Positions 38,187 to 47,772 of a stretch of DNA of 49,274 nt are shown here, piece by piece. Positions within the stretch are counted from its first letter, which is position 1. Each line of letters begins with the position of its first letter. The position numbers and the translations under genes are program-made. Under the pieces are notes generated by a model, which did no database searches, was not told the origin of the DNA, and saw only the letters and a list, made by a program, of their open reading frames with translations. Source of the stretch: a candidate division TA06 bacterium SM23_40 (GTDB lineage Bacteria > LJUI01 > SM1-40); assembly GCA_001303705.1 (NCBI GenBank), contig LJUI01000025.1:1-49274 (forward strand), in the 5' to 3' direction.

Positions 38187-39164
38187 TCATTTGAAATCGA
38201 TCTCCGAGGAATCTCCCACGTTCAGCTTCTTGAGAGCACCGCGGACAACTGCATTGTCCCCGACAAGGGACCGGTGGATGAGGACGTTCTCCACGTAGGC
38301 GCCACCGTTCACGATGCTGTCCCGGATCACAGACTCCTTGATTGTAACCTGTTCAGCTATTGACACGTAGGGGCCTACAATCGAACTCTCGACCACCGCC
38401 GAGGGATCGATGAAGACCGGGGGGTGAATGATCGACCCCTCCACCTCAGGGTTACCGCCCAGCTTGTCGAGGAGATAGCGATTGGTGGTGAGCACAGTCT
38501 CCAGCTGCCCACAATCATACCAGCCGTCGATCTCGAAGACCTCCATCCTCTCTCCCTGTTCAATCATCAGCTGGAGGGCATCCGTAAGCTGGATCTCGCC
38601 CTTTGTGGTCCTGCCGGCGGCGATATTGGCCTCCAGGGCCTGAAACAGGCGCGCGCCGCTGGGCAGGTAGTACGGACCTACGATGATCAGGTTACTCGGT
38701 GGCTCGGCGGGCTTCTCCACGAGGCGAGTCACACGCCCATCCTCCATCTCCACGACGCCAAACCGCCTCGGGTCCTCCACCTCCCAGACACCGATCTTGG
38801 CACAGCGCTGCCCGACTACCTTTGCAAGGTCGGCCTCAAAGACCGTATCCCCGAGTACGATGAGGAGCGGCTCATCAGCGACCCGTTCTCGAGCGAGGTA
38901 GATGGCGTGCCCCAATCCCCGAGGAACATCCTGGTGGACGAACGATGCGTGTATGGTGGAGTAGTGACTGAGAACGAAATCCCGCACCTTGTCTCCCATA
39001 TGGCCGACGATGAAGATCGCCTCCTCGATATCGAGCGGGACGAGTGTGTCGAGTATGTATCCGAGGATGGGCTTGCCCGCCACCTCTATCAACACCTTCG
39101 GGGTAGTATGAGTGTGCGGCCTGAGACGGCGGCCTTCGCCGGCCACCGGGATTATTGCTTTCAT
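38187..39164 (-). CDS. Sugar-phosphate nucleotidyltransferase (long-form glucose-1-phosphate thymidylyltransferase-like)
   Basis: AIIPVAGEGRRLRPHTHTTPK, GLGHA, LGDT, LVEKP, GEIQLTDAL, WYDCG, C-terminal left-handed beta-helix. Confidence 0.9.
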   Translation of the reverse strand: MKAIIPVAGEGRRLRPHTHTTPKVLIEVAGKPILGYILDTLVPLDIEEAIFIVGHMGDKVRDFVLSHYSTIHASFVHQDVPRGLGHAIYLARERVADEPLLIVLGDTVFEADLAKVVGQRCAKIGVWEVEDPRRFGVVEMEDGRVTRLVEKPAEPPSNLIIVGPYYLPSGARLFQALEANIAAGRTTKGEIQLTDALQLMIEQGERMEVFEIDGWYDCGQLETVLTTNRYLLDKLGGNPEVEGSIIHPPVFIDPSAVVESSIVGPYVSIAEQVTIKESVIRDSIVNGGAYVENVLIHRSLVGDNAVVRGALKKLNVGDSSEIDFK

Positions 39165-39269
39165 CAGTCCCCCTTTATCTCAGATCGATTCAGAGCGACT
39201 CCCACGGACGTACGGATCCCTCCCGACTCACGACCATCCCGTAGCCGTCGTCAGGGGGTGACCCGGCGC

Positions 39270-41045
39270 CTATCGGATCGGCTGCACCTCCCTCGTCTCC
39301 TGATCGATCAGCAATTCCGCTAGATCCGGGTACGCGGACTGGAATCGCTCAGCCAGGAACCGCCTGACTCCCTCCCCGGATGAGATCCCGAGGACAGTCC
39401 GCGCCATCCTCTTGGCCTCCCGGAGCGAGAGTGACCGAACGACCCTCTTCACGCGCGGAAGGTCTATCGGGTTAGTGGAAAGCTCATTGAGGCCGAGGCC
39501 CAGCAGGACCGGCACCACCAATAGATCCCCGGCGACTTCGCCGCACACACCCACCGATATCCCATTCGAGTGCGCGGCATGTACCACGCGTTCCATGAGG
39601 CGGAGCACCGCAGGGTGATAGTGCATGAACAGATGGGCGACTCGTTCGTTCCCTCTGTCAACGGCAAGGGTGTACTGCGTGAGATCGTTCGACCCGATGC
39701 TGAAGAAGTCGGTCTCTCTGGCCATTGCGTCGGCGGTCAACGCCGCAGAAGGGGTCTCGATCATCAACCCACTCTCGCATTCCTCATCGAACGGGATAGA
39801 ATCCCGCTTCAGGTCGTCTTGCACTTCTCGGAAGATCACATTGATCTGGCGAAGTTCTTCGATCGTGGCGACGAACGGATACATCACCTTCACGTTCTTT
39901 CTCGTACTGGCGCGCAGGATCGCCCGGAGCTGCGAGCGGAAGATGTCCTGGCACGTGAGTGAGAACCTGATCGCCCGCCAGCCGAGATAGGGATTCATCT
40001 CTCCGGTCCCCACGTCGTGCATGACCTTATCGCCCCCGATATCGAGAGTTCTGATTATCACTGTCTCAGGAGCGATGAGTTCCGCAACCTCGTCGTAGAT
40101 GTGGAATTGCTCCTCCTCGTCCGGGAGACGGAGAGACGTGAGGAAGAGGAACTCCGTGCGGAACAGCCCGATGCCGCGACATCCATGCTCGATGGCAGAG
40201 GGCACTTCCTCGCTCAACTCGATGTTGGCCGATAACTGAACCTCGTGACCGTCGACCGTGACCGCCGGCGAATCCCTCAGCTGCTCGAGATCGTGCGTGA
40301 AGAGCACGTACTGCTGCCGTTTCGAGCGATACCGCTCCAGTTCCTCATCATCGGGATTCACGATGACCACACCTTTGTTCCCGTCAACGATGACCATGTC
40401 CCCGTCGGCGATCTTCTTCCCCGCTTCCCGCACTCCCACGACGGCCGGTATCTCGAGGGCTCTCGCCATGATCGCCATATGCGACGTGCGTCCGCCGACT
40501 TCCGTCACTATCCCCGCTACCTTCTTGCCCCGCAGCTGAGCGGTATCAGAGGGATTGACATCGTGAGCGGTCAGGATCACCTCGTGATCCATTGGAATGA
40601 TCGAGCCGTGTGGTTCTCCGCGCATAATTCGCAACACGCGCCTGCCCACATCCTTGATATCTGGGGCCCGCTCACGAAGATAGCCGTCGTCCAATGCGCC
40701 GATCGAGGCGGCAGTCCGCCTGACGATCTCATCGAAGACATACGCAGCATTGACGCGCTCCCGTTGCACCCGTTCTATGGTGTCCTTGATGGCCATCTCG
40801 TCCTCGAGGACGAGCAACTGCGCGTCGAGGAACCGGGCGTAGTCCTCCCCCATCTCTCTTGCCAGCCGGTCCCGAATGGCCCTGAGCTCGTGCTTCGCCT
40901 GCTCGACTCCCGTCTTGAATCGATCGATCTCTGCCCCAATCTCGTCGGCACCGATCTCGCACCGCTCGACCGGGGGTTCCAGGACCTTGAAATGGTATGC
41001 CGGGGCGATGGCGAACCCCGGCGATGCAGCTATTCCCCTGAGCAT
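39270..41045 (-). CDS. ptsI: PTS Enzyme I (phosphoenolpyruvate-protein phosphotransferase)
   Basis: GIAASPG, GGRTSHMAI (phospho-His), GLFRTEFL, NPYLGWRAIR, SIGSNDLTQY, VCGE. Confidence 0.96.
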   Translation of the reverse strand: MLRGIAASPGFAIAPAYHFKVLEPPVERCEIGADEIGAEIDRFKTGVEQAKHELRAIRDRLAREMGEDYARFLDAQLLVLEDEMAIKDTIERVQRERVNAAYVFDEIVRRTAASIGALDDGYLRERAPDIKDVGRRVLRIMRGEPHGSIIPMDHEVILTAHDVNPSDTAQLRGKKVAGIVTEVGGRTSHMAIMARALEIPAVVGVREAGKKIADGDMVIVDGNKGVVIVNPDDEELERYRSKRQQYVLFTHDLEQLRDSPAVTVDGHEVQLSANIELSEEVPSAIEHGCRGIGLFRTEFLFLTSLRLPDEEEQFHIYDEVAELIAPETVIIRTLDIGGDKVMHDVGTGEMNPYLGWRAIRFSLTCQDIFRSQLRAILRASTRKNVKVMYPFVATIEELRQINVIFREVQDDLKRDSIPFDEECESGLMIETPSAALTADAMARETDFFSIGSNDLTQYTLAVDRGNERVAHLFMHYHPAVLRLMERVVHAAHSNGISVGVCGEVAGDLLVVPVLLGLGLNELSTNPIDLPRVKRVVRSLSLREAKRMARTVLGISSGEGVRRFLAERFQSAYPDLAELLIDQETREVQPIR

Positions 41046-41354
41046 CTATTCTCCCTCTTCCGGAGAGGTGTCGAGGCCCTGTTGAGCAAGCCGTGCATCG
41101 AGGTCTTCCTCCACTAACTTGCTGAGGGCTTCGAGAACTTCATCCTCATCGCTCCCGTCCGCGCGTATCGTGATCTTGCTGCCGCGTCGTGCGCCCAGCA
41201 TCAGAATACCCATAATCGACTTCCCGTTCACCTCCACTCCGTCCTTCGTCACTGACACCTCGGACTGGAACGAAGCCGCGGTCTTCACGAACTCTGCGGC
41301 GGGATATGCATGGAGTCCCAACCTGCTTTTCACAACGACGGTCATCTCCTTCAT
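41046..41354 (-). CDS. ptsH: Phosphocarrier protein HPr
   Basis: GLHAYP (His15), NGKSIMG (Ser46); between hprK and ptsI. Confidence 0.93.
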   Translation of the reverse strand: MKEMTVVVKSRLGLHAYPAAEFVKTAASFQSEVSVTKDGVEVNGKSIMGILMLGARRGSKITIRADGSDEDEVLEALSKLVEEDLDARLAQQGLDTSPEEGE

Positions 41355-41410
41355 CTGACCCTCGCGCGCAGAAAGCATCCGACGCTATCGCCCGCATCGG
41401 ATATTCATAG

Positions 41411-42394
41411 CTATTCCATGTCTTCTTCAGAATGATAATCCAGGTCCCCACCCATCATCGCGACCAGCCGCTTGTCGAACTCCTTTGCCGGGTGGTATCC
41501 GCGAATCTTCAGTAGGTAGTTCATGGCGACGACTTCGGAAATAACAGTGATATTCTTGCCAGGGAAGAGTGGAATGTGGACGACCGGAATGGCCACGCCC
41601 AGGATCTCTGTGACCTGATCCTCGAGTCCGATGCGCTCATAGTCGAGTTTGTCACTCCATTCAACCAGCGTCACCTGCACCTCTACCCGCTTCTGCAGCC
41701 TCGTAGCCCGGATCCCGAAGATACTGCCGACATCGATGATTCCGATCCCCCTGATCTCCATGAAGTGCTGCAGCGTCCGTGCACGCTCATAGCCGGCCCC
41801 GATCAACAGCCCCCTCCCCCGTCGGGTGATCCTGACGAGATCATCTGCCACGAGGCGGTGACCGCGCTCGACCAGGTCGAGCGCACATTCACTCTTGCCG
41901 ATGCCGCTCTTTCCCATGAACAGCAGGCCCACACCGTACACATCGACGAGTGTCCCATGCACCACCACCTCAGGTGCGAGCTCGATTTCGAGATAGCTAG
42001 TGAGTAAATGAATGAACGGCGTCGTTGAGATGGGTGTTCTGAGCAGGGGGATCGCTCGCTCTCGGCAACCGGCCGTGAGGTCTTCTGGAACGTCGAGGCG
42101 CTTGGCAACGATGACACACGGCAGGGAGTGGTCGAGAACGCGCTCGATCGCCGTCCGCCTCCTATCCGCATCCAGCGTTGCAAGATACGATACCTCAGTC
42201 CTCCCGACGATCTGGACCCTCTCCCAGAGGAAATAGTCAGTGTAACCCGCAAACGCCAGACCCGGCCGGTTGACGTCCGGTGTCGTAATCGTGTTGCCGA
42301 GACCGTCGTGGCCGCAGAGAATCTCCAGTTCGAAATCTCTCTGCTTGTTTTCGTAGAGCTGTCTCACTGTCAGTTCTTTCGAGACGCTCTGCAT
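41411..42394 (-). CDS. hprK: HPr(Ser) kinase/phosphorylase
   Basis: NRPGLAFAGY, HGTLVDVYGVG, GKSGIGKSE, LVADD, MEIRGIGII. Confidence 0.96.
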   Translation of the reverse strand: MQSVSKELTVRQLYENKQRDFELEILCGHDGLGNTITTPDVNRPGLAFAGYTDYFLWERVQIVGRTEVSYLATLDADRRRTAIERVLDHSLPCVIVAKRLDVPEDLTAGCRERAIPLLRTPISTTPFIHLLTSYLEIELAPEVVVHGTLVDVYGVGLLFMGKSGIGKSECALDLVERGHRLVADDLVRITRRGRGLLIGAGYERARTLQHFMEIRGIGIIDVGSIFGIRATRLQKRVEVQVTLVEWSDKLDYERIGLEDQVTEILGVAIPVVHIPLFPGKNITVISEVVAMNYLLKIRGYHPAKEFDKRLVAMMGGDLDYHSEEDME

Positions 42395-42398
42395 AGGA

Positions 42399-42731
42399 CT
42401 ATCGCCTCCCCTGGGTCTCCTTGTTCCGGCTGCCCGCACGGTGTCTCTCATCCTTGAGTCGTTCTTCGTAACGCTTTATCTGTTTCTCGAGTTTCTCTGC
42501 TGCTCTGTCCGCAGCCATATACATATCATCCGATTCTTCCTTCGCCATGAGGGTCGACCGATTGACATGGAGAACCATCTCTGCGATGTGTCGATACCCT
42601 TCCTTTTCCAGTATGACATGAGCTTCGATGAGGTGGTTGGAGAATCTTTCGAGCTTCGTGAGTGTCTCTTCGATGTATTCCTTCAGGGCAGATGTCAGAT
42701 CAAAGTGCCTCGCGGTTATGTTGATCTTCAT
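42399..42731 (-). CDS. hpf: Ribosome hibernation factor HPF/RaiA (short form)
   Basis: MKINITARHFDLTSALKEY..., DMY, KLEKQIKRY; lies in the rpoN operon. Confidence 0.92.
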   Translation of the reverse strand: MKINITARHFDLTSALKEYIEETLTKLERFSNHLIEAHVILEKEGYRHIAEMVLHVNRSTLMAKEESDDMYMAADRAAEKLEKQIKRYEERLKDERHRAGSRNKETQGRR

Positions 42732-43602
42732 GATCCCCATTTCCCCCTTTCGAACGAAGGAATTCGTCTCCCCGGTACGAGCTCCGCACAAGCGGCCCCG
42801 AAGCTACATGTCGAAACCCAAGCTTCCGGGCAAAAAGGGCATATCGATCGAACTCAGCCGGTGGAACGTAGCGCTCCACTGGCAGATGGGCGGGCGACGG
42901 TCGAAGATATTGACCGATCGTGATCGAATCACATCCTGTATCCCGAACCGCCCGCATGGTCTCGTGCAGTTCATCACGACTCTCTCCCAGCCCCACCATC
43001 AGGCCCGACTTTGTAATCATCCCATTATCCAGCTCCCCAGCCGTCCGCAACAGGTCGAGAGAGCGCTGGTACACCGCGCCGGGACGCACATGTGGGTACA
43101 GGCGCCGCACTGTCTCCATGTTGTGCGCGAGGATGTCAGGGCGCGCGTCAGCAACCGAGAGAATCGACTCGCGTCTGCCCAGGAAGTCCGGCACCAATAC
43201 CTCGATGCTCACCCCCCTCATACGACGCCTCACCGCCCTGATGGTGCGGACGAAATGAGACGCCCCTCCGTCGGGAAGATCATCCCTCGTTACCGACGTG
43301 AGCACGACATGCTTCAGACCCAGTGCCTCGGCCGTCCGGGCGACTCGGTCTGGCTCGCTATCATCCGGGGGAGCAGGAGTACCGGGCTGCACAGCGCAGA
43401 ACGAACAGGCGCGAGTGCATTCGCCACCGAGAAGAAGGAGGGTCGCCACTCCACAGGCGTAGCATTCACTCCGATTGGGGCAGAGCGCTCTCTCACAGAT
43501 CGTCTCCACCTGATAGTGGAGAAGAACACGCCGTGTACTGCTCCAGTTTCTCGTGGCCCCGAGAGGCCGTTTGAGCCACTGTGGCTTAGATGCTTTCTTC
43601 AT
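42700..43602 (-). CDS. lipA: Lipoyl synthase
   Basis: CX4CX5C (CERALCPNRSEC), CX3CX2C (CTRACSFC), RDDLPDGG, HNMET, GQYL, RSSY. Confidence 0.96.
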   Translation of the reverse strand: MKKASKPQWLKRPLGATRNWSSTRRVLLHYQVETICERALCPNRSECYACGVATLLLLGGECTRACSFCAVQPGTPAPPDDSEPDRVARTAEALGLKHVVLTSVTRDDLPDGGASHFVRTIRAVRRRMRGVSIEVLVPDFLGRRESILSVADARPDILAHNMETVRRLYPHVRPGAVYQRSLDLLRTAGELDNGMITKSGLMVGLGESRDELHETMRAVRDTGCDSITIGQYLRPSPAHLPVERYVPPAEFDRYALFARKLGFRHVASGPLVRSSYRGDEFLRSKGGNGDHEDQHNREAL

Positions 43603-43979
43603 CCTTCACCGATCAGCTTTCCATACTCTTCGGCGGACATCAGGTGCTCCAGTTCGCCCTGTCCAGAAATGCTGATCTTCACCAGCCACCCGTCACCATA
43701 TGGATCCTTGTTGATTGTCTCGGGAGTCTCACCGAGGAGTCTATTCGTGTCGCTCACCGTACCGCCGACGGGAGCGTAGAGATCTGACACAGCCTTTACG
43801 GATTCGATAGTGCCGAACGCCTCTTCTCGTTTAATGACCCGCCCCTTCTCGGGGAGTTCGACGAAGACGACGTCACCCAATTCACTCTGCGCATGGTCGG
43901 TTATCCCGCAGGTTACCTCAGTGCCATCTACCCGTACCCATTCGTGTGTCTTTGTGTACTTCAGGCCATCAGGAATCAT
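43599..43979 (-). CDS. gcvH: Glycine cleavage system H protein (lipoyl carrier)
   Basis: YTKTHEW, GITDHAQSELGDVVFVELP, IESVKAVSD (lipoyl-Lys), INKDPYGDGW. Confidence 0.96.
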   Translation of the reverse strand: MIPDGLKYTKTHEWVRVDGTEVTCGITDHAQSELGDVVFVELPEKGRVIKREEAFGTIESVKAVSDLYAPVGGTVSDTNRLLGETPETINKDPYGDGWLVKISISGQGELEHLMSAEEYGKLIGEG

Positions 43980-44040
43980 CTGTTCCCTCCCTGGCATGTG
44001 CGCACGCCCCCTCGGTCTCGTGACGACGTAGCCGATCGCG

Positions 44041-45477
44041 TCACAACTCCTTGCGAAGGCGAGCCGGCAGAATGTGTAGTTCATCGCGGTACTTCGCTAC
44101 TGTCCGCCGCGCCACCAGCATGCCCTCACTCTTGAGCAGCTCGACGACCTTCCGGTCACTCAGCGGCCTCCGCTTGTCCTCCTTCTCTATCAGTTCTGCG
44201 ATCCGTGCCTTGACACTATGCGTCGAGATCGCCACTGAGGTCTGTGTCCTCACCCCCCCGCTGAAGAAGTAACGCATTTCGAACACGCCGTGCGGTGTCT
44301 CAACATACTTGTCCTGAACAACACGGCTCACCGTCGATTCGTGCATCCCGATGCCGTCAGCAACATCCCGCAGGGTCATAGGTGCGAGGTGGGCAATGCC
44401 GCGATTGAAGAAACCGTTCTGGGTCTCCACGATATAGCGCATCACCTTTAGGATCGTAGTCCGCCGCTGCTCCAGCCCCTTCAGCAGAAACCGTGCCGCC
44501 TTCAGCCGGTCCATGACGAACGTACGCTCCTCTTTCGACGCCTTCCGCGAGCCATCGAGCACATCGCGATAGGCCGCGCCGATTCTGAGATGAGGGACGT
44601 CACGCTCATTCAGGAACACCGTATGTTCGCCGTCGATCAATTCGATAGAGACGTCGGGGACGACGTATCGGACGTCTTCGGTCGAGTACCGTCGGCCAGG
44701 CTTCGGCTCGAGAGAAGTGATGTCCTGAACGGCCTCCCTCACCTCACTCACCGAGACACCCAGTGCTTTTGCGATCTTAGAATGTTTCCGGTTCTGGATA
44801 TCTCTCAGGTGATCTGTGACCATCCGCGCCTGCAACGAATCACCCAATCCTCTCTCTCTGAGCTGGATGATCAGGCATTCTTCGAGATCTCTCGCTCCGA
44901 TTCCTATAGGATCAAATGTCTGAACGATCCTCAGAACACGCTCAACATCCTCATCTGAGACCTCAAGGATCTGGGCGATCTCCTCAATCGAACAGACGAG
45001 ATAGCCATCGTCGTCGAGGTTCCCGATGATGAACTCTCCAATCACGAGGTCTTCGTCCGGAAGTCGCTGGAGGCGAAGCTGAGTCATAAGGTAATCGGAA
45101 AAGGTGGGCACCGTCACGGCCACCTTTTCCTGAAAGCGATCGTCTCGGTCAGGTTGGGGGCGGTACCCCGGGTCCACTCCGTTCTGGAGGAATTCCTCCC
45201 AGTCGAAGTCCTCCAGGTTCTTCTCCTCATCAGTCGCCTCGCTCGATTCGTCTTCCTGGGGCTCTTCGGCGGTCGTCTCCGGCTCTTCGGCGGTTGTCTC
45301 CAGCTCTTCCTCGGCCTCCACTTCCTCCTCGAGGACATCCTCGAGAAACGGGTTCATCTCGAGTTGCTGGCGGACAAGCTGTTGCAGCTCCACACGCGGC
45401 AACTGGAGGATCTTGAGCGACTCGATCAGCGCCGGTGCAAGGGTTAGCTTCAGCTCATGTCTCAGATCGATCTTCAT
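44041..45477 (-). CDS. rpoN: RNA polymerase sigma-54 factor
   Basis: Region I LQL..NPFLE, acidic region II, LDDDGYL, HESTVSR, RpoN box ARRTVAKYR. Confidence 0.97.
   Translation of the reverse strand: MKIDLRHELKLTLAPALIESLKILQLPRVELQQLVRQQLEMNPFLEDVLEEEVEAEEELETTAEEPETTAEEPQEDESSEATDEEKNLEDFDWEEFLQNGVDPGYRPQPDRDDRFQEKVAVTVPTFSDYLMTQLRLQRLPDEDLVIGEFIIGNLDDDGYLVCSIEEIAQILEVSDEDVERVLRIVQTFDPIGIGARDLEECLIIQLRERGLGDSLQARMVTDHLRDIQNRKHSKIAKALGVSVSEVREAVQDITSLEPKPGRRYSTEDVRYVVPDVSIELIDGEHTVFLNERDVPHLRIGAAYRDVLDGSRKASKEERTFVMDRLKAARFLLKGLEQRRTTILKVMRYIVETQNGFFNRGIAHLAPMTLRDVADGIGMHESTVSRVVQDKYVETPHGVFEMRYFFSGGVRTQTSVAISTHSVKARIAELIEKEDKRRPLSDRKVVELLKSEGMLVARRTVAKYRDELHILPARLRKEL
45259..45300. repeat. 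21-bp tandem duplication (2 copies) in rpoN region II
   Basis: gggctcttcggcggtcgtctc / cggctcttcggcggttgtctc, encoding ETTAEEP x2. Confidence 0.8.
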
Positions 45478-45510
45478 CGATGGCCCGGTTCCTTAACTGG
45501 CAAGAACGGA

Positions 45511-46233
45511 TCAAAGGGTGAAGTTCTCGCCGAGATAGATCTCCCTAGCCTTCTCGTCAGATGCAAGGTCCTCTGCGCTGCCGGAGATGAGGATCTTTCC
45601 CTCATACATTATGTACGCCCGGTCAGTGATCTCCAGCGTCTCGCGTACGTTGTGGTCAGTGATGAGCACCCCGAGGCCCCGCTCCCGCAACTCCGACACG
45701 ATCTCCTGGATGTCGGCGCGAACAATGGGATCGATCCCGGTGAATGGCTCGTCGAGCAGCATGAACCGGGGATCGGTCACCAGCGCCCGAGCGATCTCGA
45801 CCCGCCTCCGTTCGCCTCCCGAGAGCGTGTTCGCCCTCTCACGTCTCAGGTGCTTCACCTGCAGGTCACCGAGCAGCGTCTCCAGCCTCTCCGTCCGCCT
45901 CGCAGCCGGGATGGACAGTGTCTCGATGATCGCTGCGACATTCTGTTCCACCGTCAATTTACGGAAGACAGAGGGTTCCTGCGGGAGGTAACCGATGCCC
46001 TTGCGGGCTCTTACGTACATGGGCAATCGGGATATCTCTTCGCGTCCGATATAAATACCCCCTGCATCGGCCGAAATGAGACCGACTATGATGCGGAAGG
46101 TCGTAGTCTTGCCGGCCCCGTTCGGGCCGAGAAGGCCTACCACCTCGCCCTGACGCAACTCGAGGCTGGAGCCGTCTACAACCCTCCTGCCGCCATAGAC
46201 CTTTGTCAGTCCCTCAATGCGCAGGTCAAGCAC
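45511..46233 (-). CDS. lptB: LPS export ABC ATPase LptB
   Basis: GPNGAGKTT, GIGYLPQEPSVFRKL, LSGGERRRVEIARAL, LLDEPF, ITDHNVRETL, YLG. Confidence 0.97.
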   Translation of the reverse strand: MLDLRIEGLTKVYGGRRVVDGSSLELRQGEVVGLLGPNGAGKTTTFRIIVGLISADAGGIYIGREEISRLPMYVRARKGIGYLPQEPSVFRKLTVEQNVAAIIETLSIPAARRTERLETLLGDLQVKHLRRERANTLSGGERRRVEIARALVTDPRFMLLDEPFTGIDPIVRADIQEIVSELRERGLGVLITDHNVRETLEITDRAYIMYEGKILISGSAEDLASDEKAREIYLGENFTL

Positions 46234-46235
46234 GT

Positions 46236-47204
46236 CTACCCCTCGGGTTGCTCCTCCCCCTGCGGGAGGCGGTAGATCCCCCTGGCCTGCCCCCCCACGA
46301 CCATCCGGGTGGCGCTCTCACTTTCAAATGTAACCCGAATCGAGTCTCCTTCAACCTCATTGAGACCACCGCCCTCGGCCTCGTGAGAACAGCGCGCCGA
46401 TCCAATAACATGGGCCTCCGTGAGGACATTCTCCGCGAAGATGAGCTCGATCGTATTCCCCCGCAGCCAGTTCGCGCCCTCCTTCACAACCGGGTGGCCC
46501 TCCAGAACGGCCCTCTCCTCCGAGGAGTAGTACGTAAGTCGATCACACCGTGCCTCTACCCGCTCGCGCTCCACCACTACACTGCCCGTGGCAACGGCAA
46601 TGTTCTCGTCATCGAAGACCTCTGCACGTTCGGCCTCAATCACTGTCGGCCGCCCGCGCGTGAGAACGATTCTGGGGCTCTGGTCCATCATACCGTGAGC
46701 AGATGCGAAATCGTATGTGCCATGTCCACCGCAGACTGTCGCTTCTCGCTCCGAGTTGGAGATGCAGACGTCCCCATAGGCAGTTGCCATTCTGGTGTCG
46801 CGAAGGTATGTGACTCTATCTGCAGTGATCGTCTTCTCACGGTCGACTATGACGACCTCATCGAGCAATTCAGCTCGGCGCTCATCGCGGGCATAGATGC
46901 CCTGCCGTCCTGTGAAGATCACTCCTTGATCGACGAGCTTCACATTCCCGCGTATCCGGGCCAGGGCGCTCTCCTCATAGGCAGTCGCTTCATCACCCGT
47001 GAGAACGGCCTCCCCGTGGGTAACGACCACATTCCCGGTCAGGTGAGTGATAGTCTTCTCCTCGATCACCTCCAGGTCGACACGGTCTGCGGTGACCACG
47101 TACGGCTCTTCCCTGCCCTCCGCGAACGGCTCCTCACCGACGACTGAAGCTCCTCCGAGGCACAAGAGAACGAGGCCGATGCTGAGGAGAAGGTGAAGCC
47201 GCAC
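46236..47204 (-). CDS. lptA: LptA/OstA-family periplasmic LPS transport protein (long, about 320 aa)
   Basis: Signal peptide; repeated TAD/LTGNV/GNV beta-jellyroll motifs; between lptC and lptB. Start GTG 47204. Confidence 0.8.
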   Translation of the reverse strand: MRLHLLLSIGLVLLCLGGASVVGEEPFAEGREEPYVVTADRVDLEVIEEKTITHLTGNVVVTHGEAVLTGDEATAYEESALARIRGNVKLVDQGVIFTGRQGIYARDERRAELLDEVVIVDREKTITADRVTYLRDTRMATAYGDVCISNSEREATVCGGHGTYDFASAHGMMDQSPRIVLTRGRPTVIEAERAEVFDDENIAVATGSVVVERERVEARCDRLTYYSSEERAVLEGHPVVKEGANWLRGNTIELIFAENVLTEAHVIGSARCSHEAEGGGLNEVEGDSIRVTFESESATRMVVGGQARGIYRLPQGEEQPEG

Positions 47205-47205
47205 T

Positions 47206-47772
47206 TCACTCACCGTCCGGCGACACGCGCGTAACGGCACGGAAGTCCTCTTTGATACTGATATGTTCGAGGCTCGGGTCGCTCTCGAATCCCCTGCCAG
47301 TGAGAACGGCGTCATCCTTCGTGATACGCACCGGACCGTTACTCGTGATGCGAGCTTCGCTGTTGCTCCACCGGAGACGTTCGGTCTCCAGAACGGCCCC
47401 CCTGTCCGAGGTCACTACGACCTCTCCGATCGCCTCCATGTCACTGGTGATCGAGTCGTAGGTCCCCCTCGCGGCAGTCAGCCGCGAATAGTGCTCTCCC
47501 TCCTCATCATAGAAATCGATTGTGACGTCGAAGGTATATATCTCATTGGCGTCCTCGTAGCTGATCGCGCGCTCCGCCGCGAGGACCCAGCGCCGCTCCC
47601 CGCTCACGGTCTCGACCAACACAAATCCCTCGATGACGTGATCGGGTATGGGTGTGCCTGCCGTTGCCTCCTCTCGATCGCGTCCCTGACCGGAGCAGCC
47701 CGCCGCTGCCAGAACTCCCGCCATAAGGAAGACGGCACAACGAACCTCAGCTCGGGATCGCTCTATCCACAC
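47206..47772 (-). CDS. lptC: LPS export protein LptC (lipoprotein-type)
   Basis: W.L.A..A, LTAARG, LETERLRW, G.GFESD motifs; LAAAG-C lipobox; synteny. Start GTG 47772 after GGAG (alternative 47796). Confidence 0.85.
   Translation of the reverse strand: MWIERSRAEVRCAVFLMAGVLAAAGCSGQGRDREEATAGTPIPDHVIEGFVLVETVSGERRWVLAAERAISYEDANEIYTFDVTIDFYDEEGEHYSRLTAARGTYDSITSDMEAIGEVVVTSDRGAVLETERLRWSNSEARITSNGPVRITKDDAVLTGRGFESDPSLEHISIKEDFRAVTRVSPDGE

Noticed and set aside
42628-43779. 383-aa plus-strand ORF
   Set aside because: Antisense to lipA/gcvH
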